Source of the DNA: a virus
IMG/VR virus record: IMGVR_UViG_3300028393_000035
Span: 33,492-97,491 of that record
Strand: one strand, 5' to 3'
DNA length: 64,000 nt
The position numbers and the translations under genes were made by a program. Of the stretch, positions 19,069-28,666 are shown piece after piece; position 1 is the first letter of the stretch; each line of letters begins with the position of its first letter. The notes beneath the pieces are model-generated. The model had not been told where the DNA came from. It did no database searches and was given only the letters and a program-made list of their open reading frames with translations.

Positions 19069-19856
19069 CGATCAATCTCAACATTCATTAAAATATGATT
19101 GGTTGGTAAAAGTGTAATTGGGTACTGTTGATTAACCGTGTGACGATTGCCAAAATCGGCACCCTTTTCCTTTTTACCCCTACGATCAAGCCCACGAATA
19201 GTTACTGGGTTAGTCATTTTTGCTTGATATCTACGATCCGAATCTACAACGTGGCCATAATCATCTAATTCAACATTAATAATTAAATCACCATCGTTTA
19301 CAGCAGGAAACCAACCCATCGTAACATCGGCTGTTTGAACCTGCATCATTGCGCCTTGAGGTGTCAATGTAAAAAAGTCCTGCGGAGCATCTGGCTCAAT
19401 TAAATAAGTCACAATGCTGGGACCAAATCCACGATATTTTGGAGCCTTAGGCCAACTGGCATCAGGGGTATAATCCGATCTTACAATTTCGCCAGTTGAA
19501 AGGTTAATCCACTCATCATCTGATTTTTCTCTTGAAACAAAACCGTTACCCCAAGAAAGGTCATCATTGTTGCGAGTTTGACCATAAATAGAATCGTAAT
19601 TTGGAGAGCGCTCTGCATATCCGCTTTCAACATCTTTAATAGTTAACATTTTTTTAATAATTACAGGTTGACCCATACGGCGCATCATGTCATGAACTTG
19701 ACGACGAAGACGTTTAATGTCTTGAGGGCAATTTTCTTCGCCAACATATTTGGTGGCATATAAAAGGTTGTTATAAACTTTGGTATAAAAACCTAATGAC
19801 ACTGCAAGATTTGCAGTTGCATTTAATAAGGAAGTTTTAGTATAATTAGTTGGCAT
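19065..19856 (-). CDS. Neck/head-closure protein
   Basis: Synteny; GQPVII and PAVNDGDLII pattern. Confidence 0.5.
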   Translation of the reverse strand: MPTNYTKTSLLNATANLAVSLGFYTKVYNNLLYATKYVGEENCPQDIKRLRRQVHDMMRRMGQPVIIKKMLTIKDVESGYAERSPNYDSIYGQTRNNDDLSWGNGFVSREKSDDEWINLSTGEIVRSDYTPDASWPKAPKYRGFGPSIVTYLIEPDAPQDFFTLTPQGAMMQVQTADVTMGWFPAVNDGDLIINVELDDYGHVVDSDRRYQAKMTNPVTIRGLDRRGKKEKGADFGNRHTVNQQYPITLLPTNHILMNVEIDR

Positions 19857-19865
19857 GTCAACCCC

Positions 19866-20327
19866 TTATCCAAGGGTTAACGTTAAACTATTCGCTAGAA
19901 TTGTAAATGTGTCGCCGGTAGTTAAAGTAATTGATGTGGACAAAGGTCCAAACCAAAGAAGATTGCCTGATCCAACTGTTAAATTATCAAAAATGCATAT
20001 AGTAGTAATATTACTGCTTAAACCACCCGTCCAATTAGATCCAATGACTGGGCTGACTCCCCATTTAATTTCTGCGCTATTTTTAATTGAAGATGAATTA
20101 GTTAAATCAGTGCTTGCAGTTGAATCGCCCCAAGTAATTGATTTGCGCGTATAACCAGTGCCAGATACTTCTACTCCATCTTCTGCTGTAGTATCAAGGT
20201 AGTTTACTGATGGCGGCGTTATAAAAAGAGCGGCATAAGTGCTACCGGGCGGAGTAAAACCAGTTACAGACTTGCCTACACTGTAACCAAGTAAACCTTT
20301 TTCTAAATATTTTGTAATGTTTGCCAT
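19866..20327 (-). CDS. Small conserved virion structural protein
   Basis: EVSGTGYTR...GNLLWFG...GDTFTI..NSLTLTL motif common in phage tail regions; start set at MANITKY. Confidence 0.6.
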   Translation of the reverse strand: MANITKYLEKGLLGYSVGKSVTGFTPPGSTYAALFITPPSVNYLDTTAEDGVEVSGTGYTRKSITWGDSTASTDLTNSSSIKNSAEIKWGVSPVIGSNWTGGLSSNITTICIFDNLTVGSGNLLWFGPLSTSITLTTGDTFTILANSLTLTLG

Positions 20328-20350
20328 TGTATATATTAAGTGTCGTAATA

Positions 20351-21268
20351 CTACCAATAACCGCGTCCAACCGACCTTGCTCGCATAGGAGCAGGAATAA
20401 GACGACCGGCTTTGGCGGAAACAAGAAGTTTGCTATGACCAAGCTGAAGAAAGCCACGCTTGTAAAGAGCAACCCAACGATCATACTGAGCCTTTTCAAG
20501 AGTATGCATTGTTTCCCAGCGCTGAAGATAATCGCGACGATCTTGATAGGCAACTTGCGCACCAGTCGGCATAGGTTGTTCAACATAAGAGCGCATGATG
20601 TGACGAAGAACTTGAATAAAGATGCCCTGAACAAGAAGTGGATAAGTATCAGTAACGGTATTATCCGCATTTACAAAAGTGCTAATACCTAAAGCGGTAG
20701 GGGGATTTTGATAATTAATGTCAAAAAGGGCATCTGCAATAAATTTTTCCATTTTTTCTTCACGAAAAAAGTGCAAAGTCATATCTTGAACCCAAGGACC
20801 TTCGTTTTCAGCATCAAAGCAATCTTCAAGTTTAGTCCAAACTCCATCTGCTACAACGCGAATTGGAGTATCAACAATTTCAAATGGATCAAAAACTTCA
20901 AAATCAACCCTTGTTGATTGAGTAGTGCCATCAACAAGTTCAAAGGTTGCAACTGCAATATAATGACCTAAACGAGTAGTGTCATCATAAATTAAAACTC
21001 CGGTGCCATCTTCTAAAACTTCTCCATCCATAGTTACTTTTTCAGCAGGATTTGCATACTCTGAATTCTTTTTATTATCTGATGGATCATCATTTGCGCG
21101 ACTAGCGGGCAGTTGAATAGTAAAGGTCACCGATCCAAGATCTTCATAAGAATATAATTGGTCTTTATCGTCATAAAGACGAGCAACAAGGCGGGCAGAA
21201 TCGCCCAATGCAACAATCTTAAGTTGTCTATCATAACCAAGGCTCATGCAACTATTAACTGTTGGCAA
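20351..21268 (-). CDS. Head-tail adaptor with N-terminal Ig-like domain
   Basis: Beta-rich N-terminus then helical DRRDYLQRW domain; synteny after capsid genes. Confidence 0.55.
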   Translation of the reverse strand: MPTVNSCMSLGYDRQLKIVALGDSARLVARLYDDKDQLYSYEDLGSVTFTIQLPASRANDDPSDNKKNSEYANPAEKVTMDGEVLEDGTGVLIYDDTTRLGHYIAVATFELVDGTTQSTRVDFEVFDPFEIVDTPIRVVADGVWTKLEDCFDAENEGPWVQDMTLHFFREEKMEKFIADALFDINYQNPPTALGISTFVNADNTVTDTYPLLVQGIFIQVLRHIMRSYVEQPMPTGAQVAYQDRRDYLQRWETMHTLEKAQYDRWVALYKRGFLQLGHSKLLVSAKAGRLIPAPMRARSVGRGYW

Positions 21269-21286
21269 TAAGGAATCTTAAAATAA

Positions 21287-21311
21287 AAAGAGCCGCACAA
21301 GGCGGCTCTTT
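21287..21311 (-). terminator. Intrinsic terminator
   Basis: AAAGAGCCGC-5 nt-GCGGCTCTTT stem; T-tract on minus strand. Confidence 0.75.
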
Positions 21312-21330
21312 CATTAAAACATTGATAAAT

Positions 21331-21672
21331 TTACTTATTTGACTCTTCAGTTGCAGGCGCAGTTTTCTTAGCGGCAGCCTTCTTAGGAGCGGCCTTCTTG
21401 ACCTCTTCCTTAACTACTTCTACAGTTTCTTCAACTTTTGCTGCAACTTCTTCTACCTTTTCAACAACTGTTTCTGCAACAGCCTGTACTGCCTCTGTTG
21501 AATCAACAGCAAACTGCTTAAGCTTATTTGTAACTTCTTTCAATTGTTCATCATAAGAAGCTAAATCTGCCTTTGCCCAATCAATTAGTCGAACAAGACC
21601 ATCTAAACGAGCTTTAAGCGCATCTTCAGTAATTAACTGATCAATTTCAATTTTTTTACTAAAAGTGTCCAT
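21331..21672 (-). CDS. Coiled-coil protein with Lys/Ala-rich tail
   Basis: ORF with SD; KKAAPKKAAAKK C-terminus. Confidence 0.7.
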   Translation of the reverse strand: MDTFSKKIEIDQLITEDALKARLDGLVRLIDWAKADLASYDEQLKEVTNKLKQFAVDSTEAVQAVAETVVEKVEEVAAKVEETVEVVKEEVKKAAPKKAAAKKTAPATEESNK

Positions 21673-21691
21673 ATTTTTCCTTGTTTATAAA

Positions 21692-22264
21692 TTAGTTACT
21701 ATAATAATCAGTTCCATCACTACCGGGAACTGCAACAACGCGAGGGCCAACGCTACTGCGAGTAATCTCAGTCGCTCTTTCCTCATTTGGACGACCCTCT
21801 ACTTCATTAAGATGACCGATTGTAATACTTTTTTCTGTATTTGACTTATCTAGACCTGTGAAATTACCAGCGTTACCAAGCTGATCGGTAAGAATGTCTT
21901 CTGGGCGAGGTTGTGATAAAGTGGATGCATTAGTCATCTGCTTTTCACGAATTTCCTGCGCATCAGCGGCAGAAATGACCTCGTAAAGACTACCAAGGTT
22001 ATTAAGGAAGATAGGATCGTCTAGCTCATCCTTACTAATTGCGGTCATGTCATTGCGCTGACCTCTAGGAGCAAGTTCAATCTTGCGACCAGTATCAAAT
22101 GTAACGCGAACATTAACGCCGCGAACATTGCGAACATACTTGTTTGTTGACGTACTCCTCTTAGGAGCAGCCTTGGGTTTTGCGGCAGGCTTGCGAGTTG
22201 CAGCAATCTTTGCTCCAACGGGTTCAGCAGCCTGACCATTTGGGGTTAGCTTCTTAGGTGGCAT
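21692..22264 (-). CDS. Hypothetical head-region protein
   Basis: ORF with capsid-gene-like codon usage. Confidence 0.65.
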   Translation of the reverse strand: MPPKKLTPNGQAAEPVGAKIAATRKPAAKPKAAPKRSTSTNKYVRNVRGVNVRVTFDTGRKIELAPRGQRNDMTAISKDELDDPIFLNNLGSLYEVISAADAQEIREKQMTNASTLSQPRPEDILTDQLGNAGNFTGLDKSNTEKSITIGHLNEVEGRPNEERATEITRSSVGPRVVAVPGSDGTDYYSN

Positions 22265-22547
22265 AATTTATTCTCTCTTTCTATAACAATATAAGACTTG
22301 ACTTAAAACTACAACGAGACTTGCCACTGATTAAGACAGGGATTCGATATAGTAATTAGGGAAGCCAAACCAAAGCTTGCTCGTTTTGACTATCTGATAT
22401 AGTCTACGTATAAGCTACAGTTTGGCTTTTTATATAATCCAACGAAAGGAGTTGTTTCCACTGGTCTCACTCAGCCCGTTAAGTTGTTAAGTAAGAGGGC
22501 TTGCGAAGTCAATGTAGGACAAATGAGTGTGTTCCAAGGATGTATTT

Positions 22548-23198
22548 ATGCTTAATCATAAAACACTAATATTATTCGCGCTAGTTGCGGCGATAGCACT
22601 TGCTATGATTTGCCCATCAAATGCGAAAGCGGATCTTCCGCAAGCAAATAAAGAAGTTGTTCAATTGTTTGACAATGGTGGGGTTATTCCAGAGCAAAAA
22701 CCCCCCGCCCCAATTGAAAAATGGACCGGCAAAGTAAGAATTGCTGGAATAATAAAGAAGATCAATACCGATAGCCCTTCTAAGCCTGTTGTAGAGGGTT
22801 CTAAGGCAATTGTATATAAAGGAGAGGCCTATGCTCCAAAAGACGCACCTAAAATTGTAAAAGGCGTTATTTGGGCTGGCAACAAAATTCGTAATTTGCC
22901 CTATGTTTGGGGCGGAGGTCACGGATCATTTAGCGCATCTGGGTATGACTGCTCTGGATCAGTATCATATGCCCTTCATGGAGCTAAATTACTAGATACA
23001 ACAATGACATCCGGTGACCTAGCATCATGGGGTAGATCGGGTCCGGGTAAATGGATTACTATTTACGCCAATTCGGGTCATGTATACATGCATGTAGCCG
23101 GTATTAGGTTTGATACATCAGGAGCCAATCCTTCAAGGTGGCAGTCTGATTTAAGACCTAGTTCTGAATATTTGCTTAGACATCCAAGTAATTTATAA
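22548..23198 (+). CDS. Secreted NlpC/P60 cell-wall peptidase
   Basis: Signal peptide (LILFALVAAIALAMICPSNAKA); PYVWGGGHGSF..GYDCSGSVS...GHVY; AAGGA SD before ATG 22548. Confidence 0.88.
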   Translation: MLNHKTLILFALVAAIALAMICPSNAKADLPQANKEVVQLFDNGGVIPEQKPPAPIEKWTGKVRIAGIIKKINTDSPSKPVVEGSKAIVYKGEAYAPKDAPKIVKGVIWAGNKIRNLPYVWGGGHGSFSASGYDCSGSVSYALHGAKLLDTTMTSGDLASWGRSGPGKWITIYANSGHVYMHVAGIRFDTSGANPSRWQSDLRPSSEYLLRHPSNL

Positions 23199-23202
23199 AT
23201 TT

Positions 23203-23230
23203 AAGGCCCTCGCAAGAGGGCCTTTTCTTT
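23203..23230 (+). terminator. Intrinsic terminator
   Basis: AAGGCCCTC-GCAA-GAGGGCCTT followed by T-tract. Confidence 0.85.
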
Positions 23231-23283
23231 ACACTTTAATCTATTTTTTAATATATGATCAACTTAATTAACAAAGGGTAACT

Positions 23284-23856
23284 ATGGCAAAGAAAATAGG
23301 CGTAAACGACAATGGCAGGGCTTGGATTAGTCCAGCTATAATTAAAACTCATCTTCCTTTAGGACCGGGACCATGGCGAACAGATTATAAAAATCCAACG
23401 GTAAGCGTTAAAGACATTAATTCACACAGTTACAAAGTTTTAAAAGATATTATTAATAGAGGTAATGCTATTTGTTTTAGGCCTTATAGAATGGGCGGAG
23501 GTCATGGTTTAAATTTAAATAACCATGGAGCGGTTAAGCGAAACGGCGCATGGGACTGTTCATCATCGGCTTCATGCATATTGCATCCTCATTTATATAA
23601 ACCAAGTCTTGCTTGCGTCTCAGACACTTTTGCAACACTGCAAGGGTTTACGTCTAGAGGTCGTGTCAATAAACAAAAGTCTATTGTAATATATGCAAAT
23701 TCAGAGCATGTGTTTTTAGATATATGGTGGCAAGGAAGCAGAATCACTTGGGATAATTGGGGTGGCAGGGGTAGTCACACTCCATGGTACCCATCATCAG
23801 GCAGTCCTGATAGTCCATCTGCTTACAAATATAAAATTGTACACAAAAATTTATAA
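23284..23856 (+). CDS. Second NlpC/P60-like peptidase (no signal peptide)
   Basis: PYRMGGGHG...WDCSSSAS...YANSEHVFL. Confidence 0.75.
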   Translation: MAKKIGVNDNGRAWISPAIIKTHLPLGPGPWRTDYKNPTVSVKDINSHSYKVLKDIINRGNAICFRPYRMGGGHGLNLNNHGAVKRNGAWDCSSSASCILHPHLYKPSLACVSDTFATLQGFTSRGRVNKQKSIVIYANSEHVFLDIWWQGSRITWDNWGGRGSHTPWYPSSGSPDSPSAYKYKIVHKNL

Positions 23857-23875
23857 AATAATATAAATACAAATA

Positions 23876-23903
23876 AAAAGGCCCCCATTTCTGGGGGCCT
23901 TTT
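23876..23903. terminator. Bidirectional terminator between convergent genes
   Basis: AAAAGGCCCCCA-TTTC-TGGGGGCCTTTT. Confidence 0.85.
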
Positions 23904-23929
23904 CTTTACCTCAAAGAGGAAAACTAGGA

Positions 23930-25006
23930 TCAGGCGAGGCCTGAGATGTCTAGCTTCTTGCTTGTTGTAGTGGTTGTGTAATCAGAGATTGCACCGCCCT
24001 TAACAATACGTGAAAGGCCGCGAGCGTTAAGGATAAGCATACCAATAAGCTCGTCCATGACCCAACCCTTCCAGAATGTTTCAACATTGTGGTTCTCTTC
24101 AACGTCAAGTGAGTACATGACGGGCATAACACCGACGTAATCAGGCTCAGCGGTAAGGAATACCTCGCCCTGTGGGACGATGATTGAGCGCTGGATCTGG
24201 AATTCACCGAATGTGGTGATCTTCTCTCCACCGAATACCTTATCCTTGAACTCAAAGCCAGTTACGTTAAGATCCCAGTTGTAGAAATCGCGAGCGTCAG
24301 CAGGGTGAATGATGACACGGCGAGCTTCAAGCTGGTTGATCTCGATCTGTGAAACAGCGCTGTAAAAGTCGCTAGGCTCAAGTGGGTTACCAGCACCGAT
24401 AAGAACGGTCTGCTCACCTGATGAACCAGCGGCAATACCAGTCTGAATACCACCGGTTGGGGCGGTACCAACTGTGTTATTGTTACGTGCAGTACCAAGC
24501 TCAGCAATAGCAGCCTCAAGAAGAAGGATAAGACGGGCGTCCTCCTGCTTCTGGATTGCCTGACGGCTCTCGTCCTGCGCGAATTCAACAGCGTTTACGC
24601 GAAGGTAGTAGAGATCTTCCTTACGGATACGAGGGAACGTAGCGATACGGAAAAGCTGAGGGAAAGCCTGCTTGCCCTCAAATGGTGTGATCTTAACTTC
24701 CGAGTCGGTCTGGTTAAGGATATAAGCCCTGCCCAGATCGTCAAGGATGTCGTAAGGCATAAGTGGACCGCGCTCAAGAGTATCTTCAATAAGAACATTA
24801 CGAGTAATACCCTCATAACGAAGACGAATCTGAATGGGACCGATCATACCCTGACCGATGCGGCGCATTGCGTTCGATGAATCCTTTAGGATTGACTGAA
24901 GCTTCTGAGCCTTTGCTTCCTTGGTAAGCTTAGGTGCGTTAGCAAGCTTAGCCTCGTAGTCGGCTGATGAAACAGCCTTGCGTGATGTAATTTCCATATT
25001 AATCAT
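23930..25006 (-). CDS. Major capsid protein (HK97 fold, Bxz1-like)
   Basis: IGQGMIGPIQIRLRYEGITRNVL, AIQKQED and GWVMDELIGM motifs; strongly biased codons; follows protease and decoration genes. Confidence 0.88.
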   Translation of the reverse strand: MINMEITSRKAVSSADYEAKLANAPKLTKEAKAQKLQSILKDSSNAMRRIGQGMIGPIQIRLRYEGITRNVLIEDTLERGPLMPYDILDDLGRAYILNQTDSEVKITPFEGKQAFPQLFRIATFPRIRKEDLYYLRVNAVEFAQDESRQAIQKQEDARLILLLEAAIAELGTARNNNTVGTAPTGGIQTGIAAGSSGEQTVLIGAGNPLEPSDFYSAVSQIEINQLEARRVIIHPADARDFYNWDLNVTGFEFKDKVFGGEKITTFGEFQIQRSIIVPQGEVFLTAEPDYVGVMPVMYSLDVEENHNVETFWKGWVMDELIGMLILNARGLSRIVKGGAISDYTTTTTSKKLDISGLA

Positions 25007-25015
25007 ATTCCTTTC

Positions 25016-25645
25016 TTATACCATTAGGTCCACGATAATACGGGATGTGCTAGGTACTTCAATTAAACGAGCGACTGGAATTGAACCAACGCCATCGTCG
25101 GTATTACGAACAGCATCGTCATTAGCATAGCTACGAGTGCCGGGCTTAGCAGTAACGGGAGTAGTTGTAAGACGACCATCGGCACCGGCATAAAGGTAAA
25201 CGTTACCACTGGTACCATCTACTGTTGGTGCTGCAATAGTGCCAAAGGCAGGAGCAAGAATCTCAAAAGTTGAATCAGGACCGCGCCAAGCGCCAACCTG
25301 ATTCTGTAGTGAGTCACCTGCAAAACCTTCATCAAGGTCTCCACCAACAAAGTTGGCAAGAAGGCCAAATGGACGCTCGCCTACTGCTCCAGTGGCGATT
25401 GTTACCTGATCAGTTCCCTTAACGCGAACAAGAACGATACCGGCAGGAACTGAGTTAGCTCCTGAACCAGCGGCCTTGTATGCGCCAGAAGGAATCTGAA
25501 GCGAACCATCAGCGGCACGAAATCCTGCTGAGCCGTCTGACTTTGTGTACAGAGTCGCAGCATAAGGCGTAGCCTGAGTATTTGCATACAATGGCCGACA
25601 AGTGCGCTTCTGATACTTATTAGCTAGATTCTTTAGTCTAAGCAT
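25016..25645 (-). CDS. Capsid decoration/cement protein
   Basis: Between scaffold and MCP; PFGL and LYAGADGRLT pattern; start set at MLRLKN. Confidence 0.65.
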   Translation of the reverse strand: MLRLKNLANKYQKRTCRPLYANTQATPYAATLYTKSDGSAGFRAADGSLQIPSGAYKAAGSGANSVPAGIVLVRVKGTDQVTIATGAVGERPFGLLANFVGGDLDEGFAGDSLQNQVGAWRGPDSTFEILAPAFGTIAAPTVDGTSGNVYLYAGADGRLTTTPVTAKPGTRSYANDDAVRNTDDGVGSIPVARLIEVPSTSRIIVDLMV

Positions 25646-25762
25646 ATTATGTATTTTCCTATTTTGTCTTTGTGATTTTAGTTTCACGCCTTGTGGGCGC
25701 TACGCCGTTTCAATTGTTTCTAGACGGCGGATTGTAAAAATAAAGTATTATTTCCTTTTTTC

Positions 25763-28459
25763 TTACATAAACAGAGCAGAATCATCAGAATCTGCTTGAG
25801 TTGTTGCAGGAGCAGTACTTGCCTCCCTAACTAGAGACGGAAGTCTCTTAGCTGTCCGCGCCGACTTCTTAAGGCCCGCTGTCTTAACGCGATTAGCGTA
25901 AGCCAGTGAAGCCTCAACAATTGCGGGCGCTGCCTTTTCAAGCTCAGCAACTCTTGCATACTTCTGTGAAGCGTCAAGAATGCCAAGTTCGATCTCAGTA
26001 TCAGCCAGCTTGAAAGCTGACATGATGTGAGCGGTGCTATCATTACCATCACCAAAAGCGTGATCCTTAGAATCAACACCAGTTGGGTAAAATTCCTTAC
26101 TATTCTGATCGTGGTAAAAACTCTTGCTTGAAGGGTCTACTGGATCAGCTTGACGAGTAACCGCGCTATTGCCATCTGGGAAAGTAGCCGTTGGGCCAGA
26201 ATCCTGAGTGGTAATTGCATATGGTCCCTTGTCATCTGTTACACTAATGCGGTCATCGGCCTTACCAATTGGATCGGAAGGCTCTGCACCGCGAACATCT
26301 GATACAACCCATGATGAAGCCTTTGCTGCTGGCTCATGCATTGTAAGAGGCGTAGCGCTATCTGAATTAAATACCTGATAGCTACTTACGTCAGTTACAG
26401 GGTCATGCTGACCAAGTGAGTCACCCTTATCGCCATGGAAAGTATCCGTATGGATAGCTTCAATGTTCTTTGAGTGTTCATCGCCCTGATCAACTTCTAC
26501 TGTCTTTTCATCGCCAGTGCCAACACCGGAAATGCCACCGATATCGGTAACATTAACCTGAGCGTCAGCCTTGGATGCGTCTTCATTTGAAGCTCCACCA
26601 ACGCCACCAGTTCCGACTACATCAGTATTGTAGTCAGGCTTGGCAACAGCCGGTGCGCTTGTCATTGCGTCAGCGATATGTGTTTCCATGTTGTTCCTTT
26701 TTCTGTTACCAGCAGCCGCAAGGAAATCCGATGCGGTGCGAACTGATGATGTGACGGGCTTTTGAGGGTCCTTCACAACATAGTCTTGCGGCTCATTAGA
26801 CGCTGGTGGCGTCTGAACCGGAAGTATTGGTCGTTCAATTTTATTGATTTGTGAAATTTTTGTATCGGATACTGTCCATCCGGCATCTGTTACATGAGAG
26901 AGCGTAGGCAAATTATTAGTATCAACGTCTAAAGTTGATAAAGATTCTTCATTTGCCTCTTCTGATTCGTCATGCCTTTTAGCGGCAGTAAGATCAGGAT
27001 CGCCAAAACCTTCAGGTTCTGCTTCATAACCACAAACGTCGCACTGTGGACCATCCATAATTTCGCCACAAATATCGCAAACCTTATCCTCGCGCAAAGT
27101 ATCTACTTCTTCAGGAGCGCGAGTTTTAGTGATCTGTGGCTTATCATTAGAAGTTTTTTCACTCTTATCATGACCGACCTCTTTGCCAACAACGGATTCG
27201 GCCCAAGAACGACCTGAATCTCCGCCCCAAAGCATCCAAGCAGTCTTCCAAGGTGAGTTGCCCTTGCCGCCATCATCTGGGCGAGTCTTGTCATGACGCT
27301 CAAAGAATGAATGCATACGCTTAACATGATCAAGGCTTAGAGCCTTGCCTGAAGCGATATCATGAGCGCGACCCTTGGTTGCAGATTCAAGACCGTCGCC
27401 AGCCTCGCCAGCTTCAACCATTTCAAGGCCGCGCTTAGCATTGTTCTGTACGGACTCTGGTGGAACAAATCCTTCAGATGAGTTCTTTTCCTGTTTATTC
27501 TTTTTCTTATTCATTGTTGCGTAAAAAACTTCCTTGCCTTTTTCTTCACCATACTGATCAATCATTGAATCGTAAGCCTTCTTAGCAGCACCTGTGCCGC
27601 CAAAGTATTTGTCATACTCACTAATTGGAGCAAATTTATTCATTGAAGCTTCCTTTACATTTGAGCGAACCTCGCGGATAAGAGCAGTCTCATCGGCGGG
27701 ATCAAATACTGCTGAAATCTCAAAGAACTTAATGCCGTAGCAATCCTCATATGATTTCTTTGAAGTTTTATGACCCGTCTCAGGATCGATGTAATCGCAC
27801 ATAGCGCCCTTCATGCGAACATGGTTACAAAATTCATCAGGAGTAGTAGCAGAGTTTTTGCAAATATTGCAAACGGAGCGCTCAACGTCGCATCCCATTG
27901 AGAATCCATCAATGCCGCTCTTAGCATTCTTTGATCCATCAATGATTGCCTTAGCAAGCTTGGGAAATGATTTAGCATCAACTTCAAGAAGAAGCTCAAC
28001 CCAAGTTGGAGGAGTATGATTAGCTGGGGCATCGCGATAATAAGAATCTTTTTGAGCAGCAGTCTTATGATCGTCTACATGAAGCTTGGCATCAACAATG
28101 ACTCCACGGGCGCGTGAAGGATCAGAGTTATGATGATCGACAAAGATTGGCTTGCCAAGGAAAGTAGAAAAACCATACTGATCGCTGGCATTAGCATTAA
28201 CAGTAAATCCGCCAGTAGAAGAAGTATGACGATCAAAAACATCTTGGCCGCCAGCAAGCTCTACTGAGGGCCAACCATCATGATTTTTATTAACCCTTGA
28301 AGAAATGGCACGAATACGAGCGTAAAGATAACCATCTTCAGTACGATAATCCTCAAAAGCAGCAATCTTAGAAAGAGAAGCAGAAGCGTCGCGCTCTGCG
28401 GAACCCTTGATCTCTAAAACTTTGCTAACCTCTAAAGAGGCGTATTTTGTGAATGCCAT
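25763..28459 (-). CDS. Prohead protease/scaffold polyprotein with inserted domains
   Basis: RAISSRVNKNHDGW, GKPIFVDHHN, FSMGCDV..S.C.IC, FFEISAV.DPADETA; long acidic scaffold-like tail. Confidence 0.85.
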   Translation of the reverse strand: MAFTKYASLEVSKVLEIKGSAERDASASLSKIAAFEDYRTEDGYLYARIRAISSRVNKNHDGWPSVELAGGQDVFDRHTSSTGGFTVNANASDQYGFSTFLGKPIFVDHHNSDPSRARGVIVDAKLHVDDHKTAAQKDSYYRDAPANHTPPTWVELLLEVDAKSFPKLAKAIIDGSKNAKSGIDGFSMGCDVERSVCNICKNSATTPDEFCNHVRMKGAMCDYIDPETGHKTSKKSYEDCYGIKFFEISAVFDPADETALIREVRSNVKEASMNKFAPISEYDKYFGGTGAAKKAYDSMIDQYGEEKGKEVFYATMNKKKNKQEKNSSEGFVPPESVQNNAKRGLEMVEAGEAGDGLESATKGRAHDIASGKALSLDHVKRMHSFFERHDKTRPDDGGKGNSPWKTAWMLWGGDSGRSWAESVVGKEVGHDKSEKTSNDKPQITKTRAPEEVDTLREDKVCDICGEIMDGPQCDVCGYEAEPEGFGDPDLTAAKRHDESEEANEESLSTLDVDTNNLPTLSHVTDAGWTVSDTKISQINKIERPILPVQTPPASNEPQDYVVKDPQKPVTSSVRTASDFLAAAGNRKRNNMETHIADAMTSAPAVAKPDYNTDVVGTGGVGGASNEDASKADAQVNVTDIGGISGVGTGDEKTVEVDQGDEHSKNIEAIHTDTFHGDKGDSLGQHDPVTDVSSYQVFNSDSATPLTMHEPAAKASSWVVSDVRGAEPSDPIGKADDRISVTDDKGPYAITTQDSGPTATFPDGNSAVTRQADPVDPSSKSFYHDQNSKEFYPTGVDSKDHAFGDGNDSTAHIMSAFKLADTEIELGILDASQKYARVAELEKAAPAIVEASLAYANRVKTAGLKKSARTAKRLPSLVREASTAPATTQADSDDSALFM

Positions 28460-28488
28460 ATCGCCTCTTAAGTGTGGGATAAACTAAA

Positions 28489-28665
28489 TTATTTAGTTAC
28501 AATATCCCGAATTGACTTTTCTGCGTCATAAGTTAATGACTTAAAGGTAGCCTTGCAACCCTTTTCTTGACGCTCAGGGAGACCCCAAGATTCAATAAGA
28601 CCTAGAACCCGACCCCGAAGAGTATTAAACTCTTTAATAATAATTTCTTCAGAGTCAAGGCTCAT
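28489..28665 (-). CDS. Small hypothetical protein (58 aa)
   Basis: Below track cutoff; MSLDSEEIIIKEFNTLRGRVLGLIESWGLPERQEK...; fills the gap between two genes. Confidence 0.6.
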   Translation of the reverse strand: MSLDSEEIIIKEFNTLRGRVLGLIESWGLPERQEKGCKATFKSLTYDAEKSIRDIVTK

Positions 28666-28666
28666 T

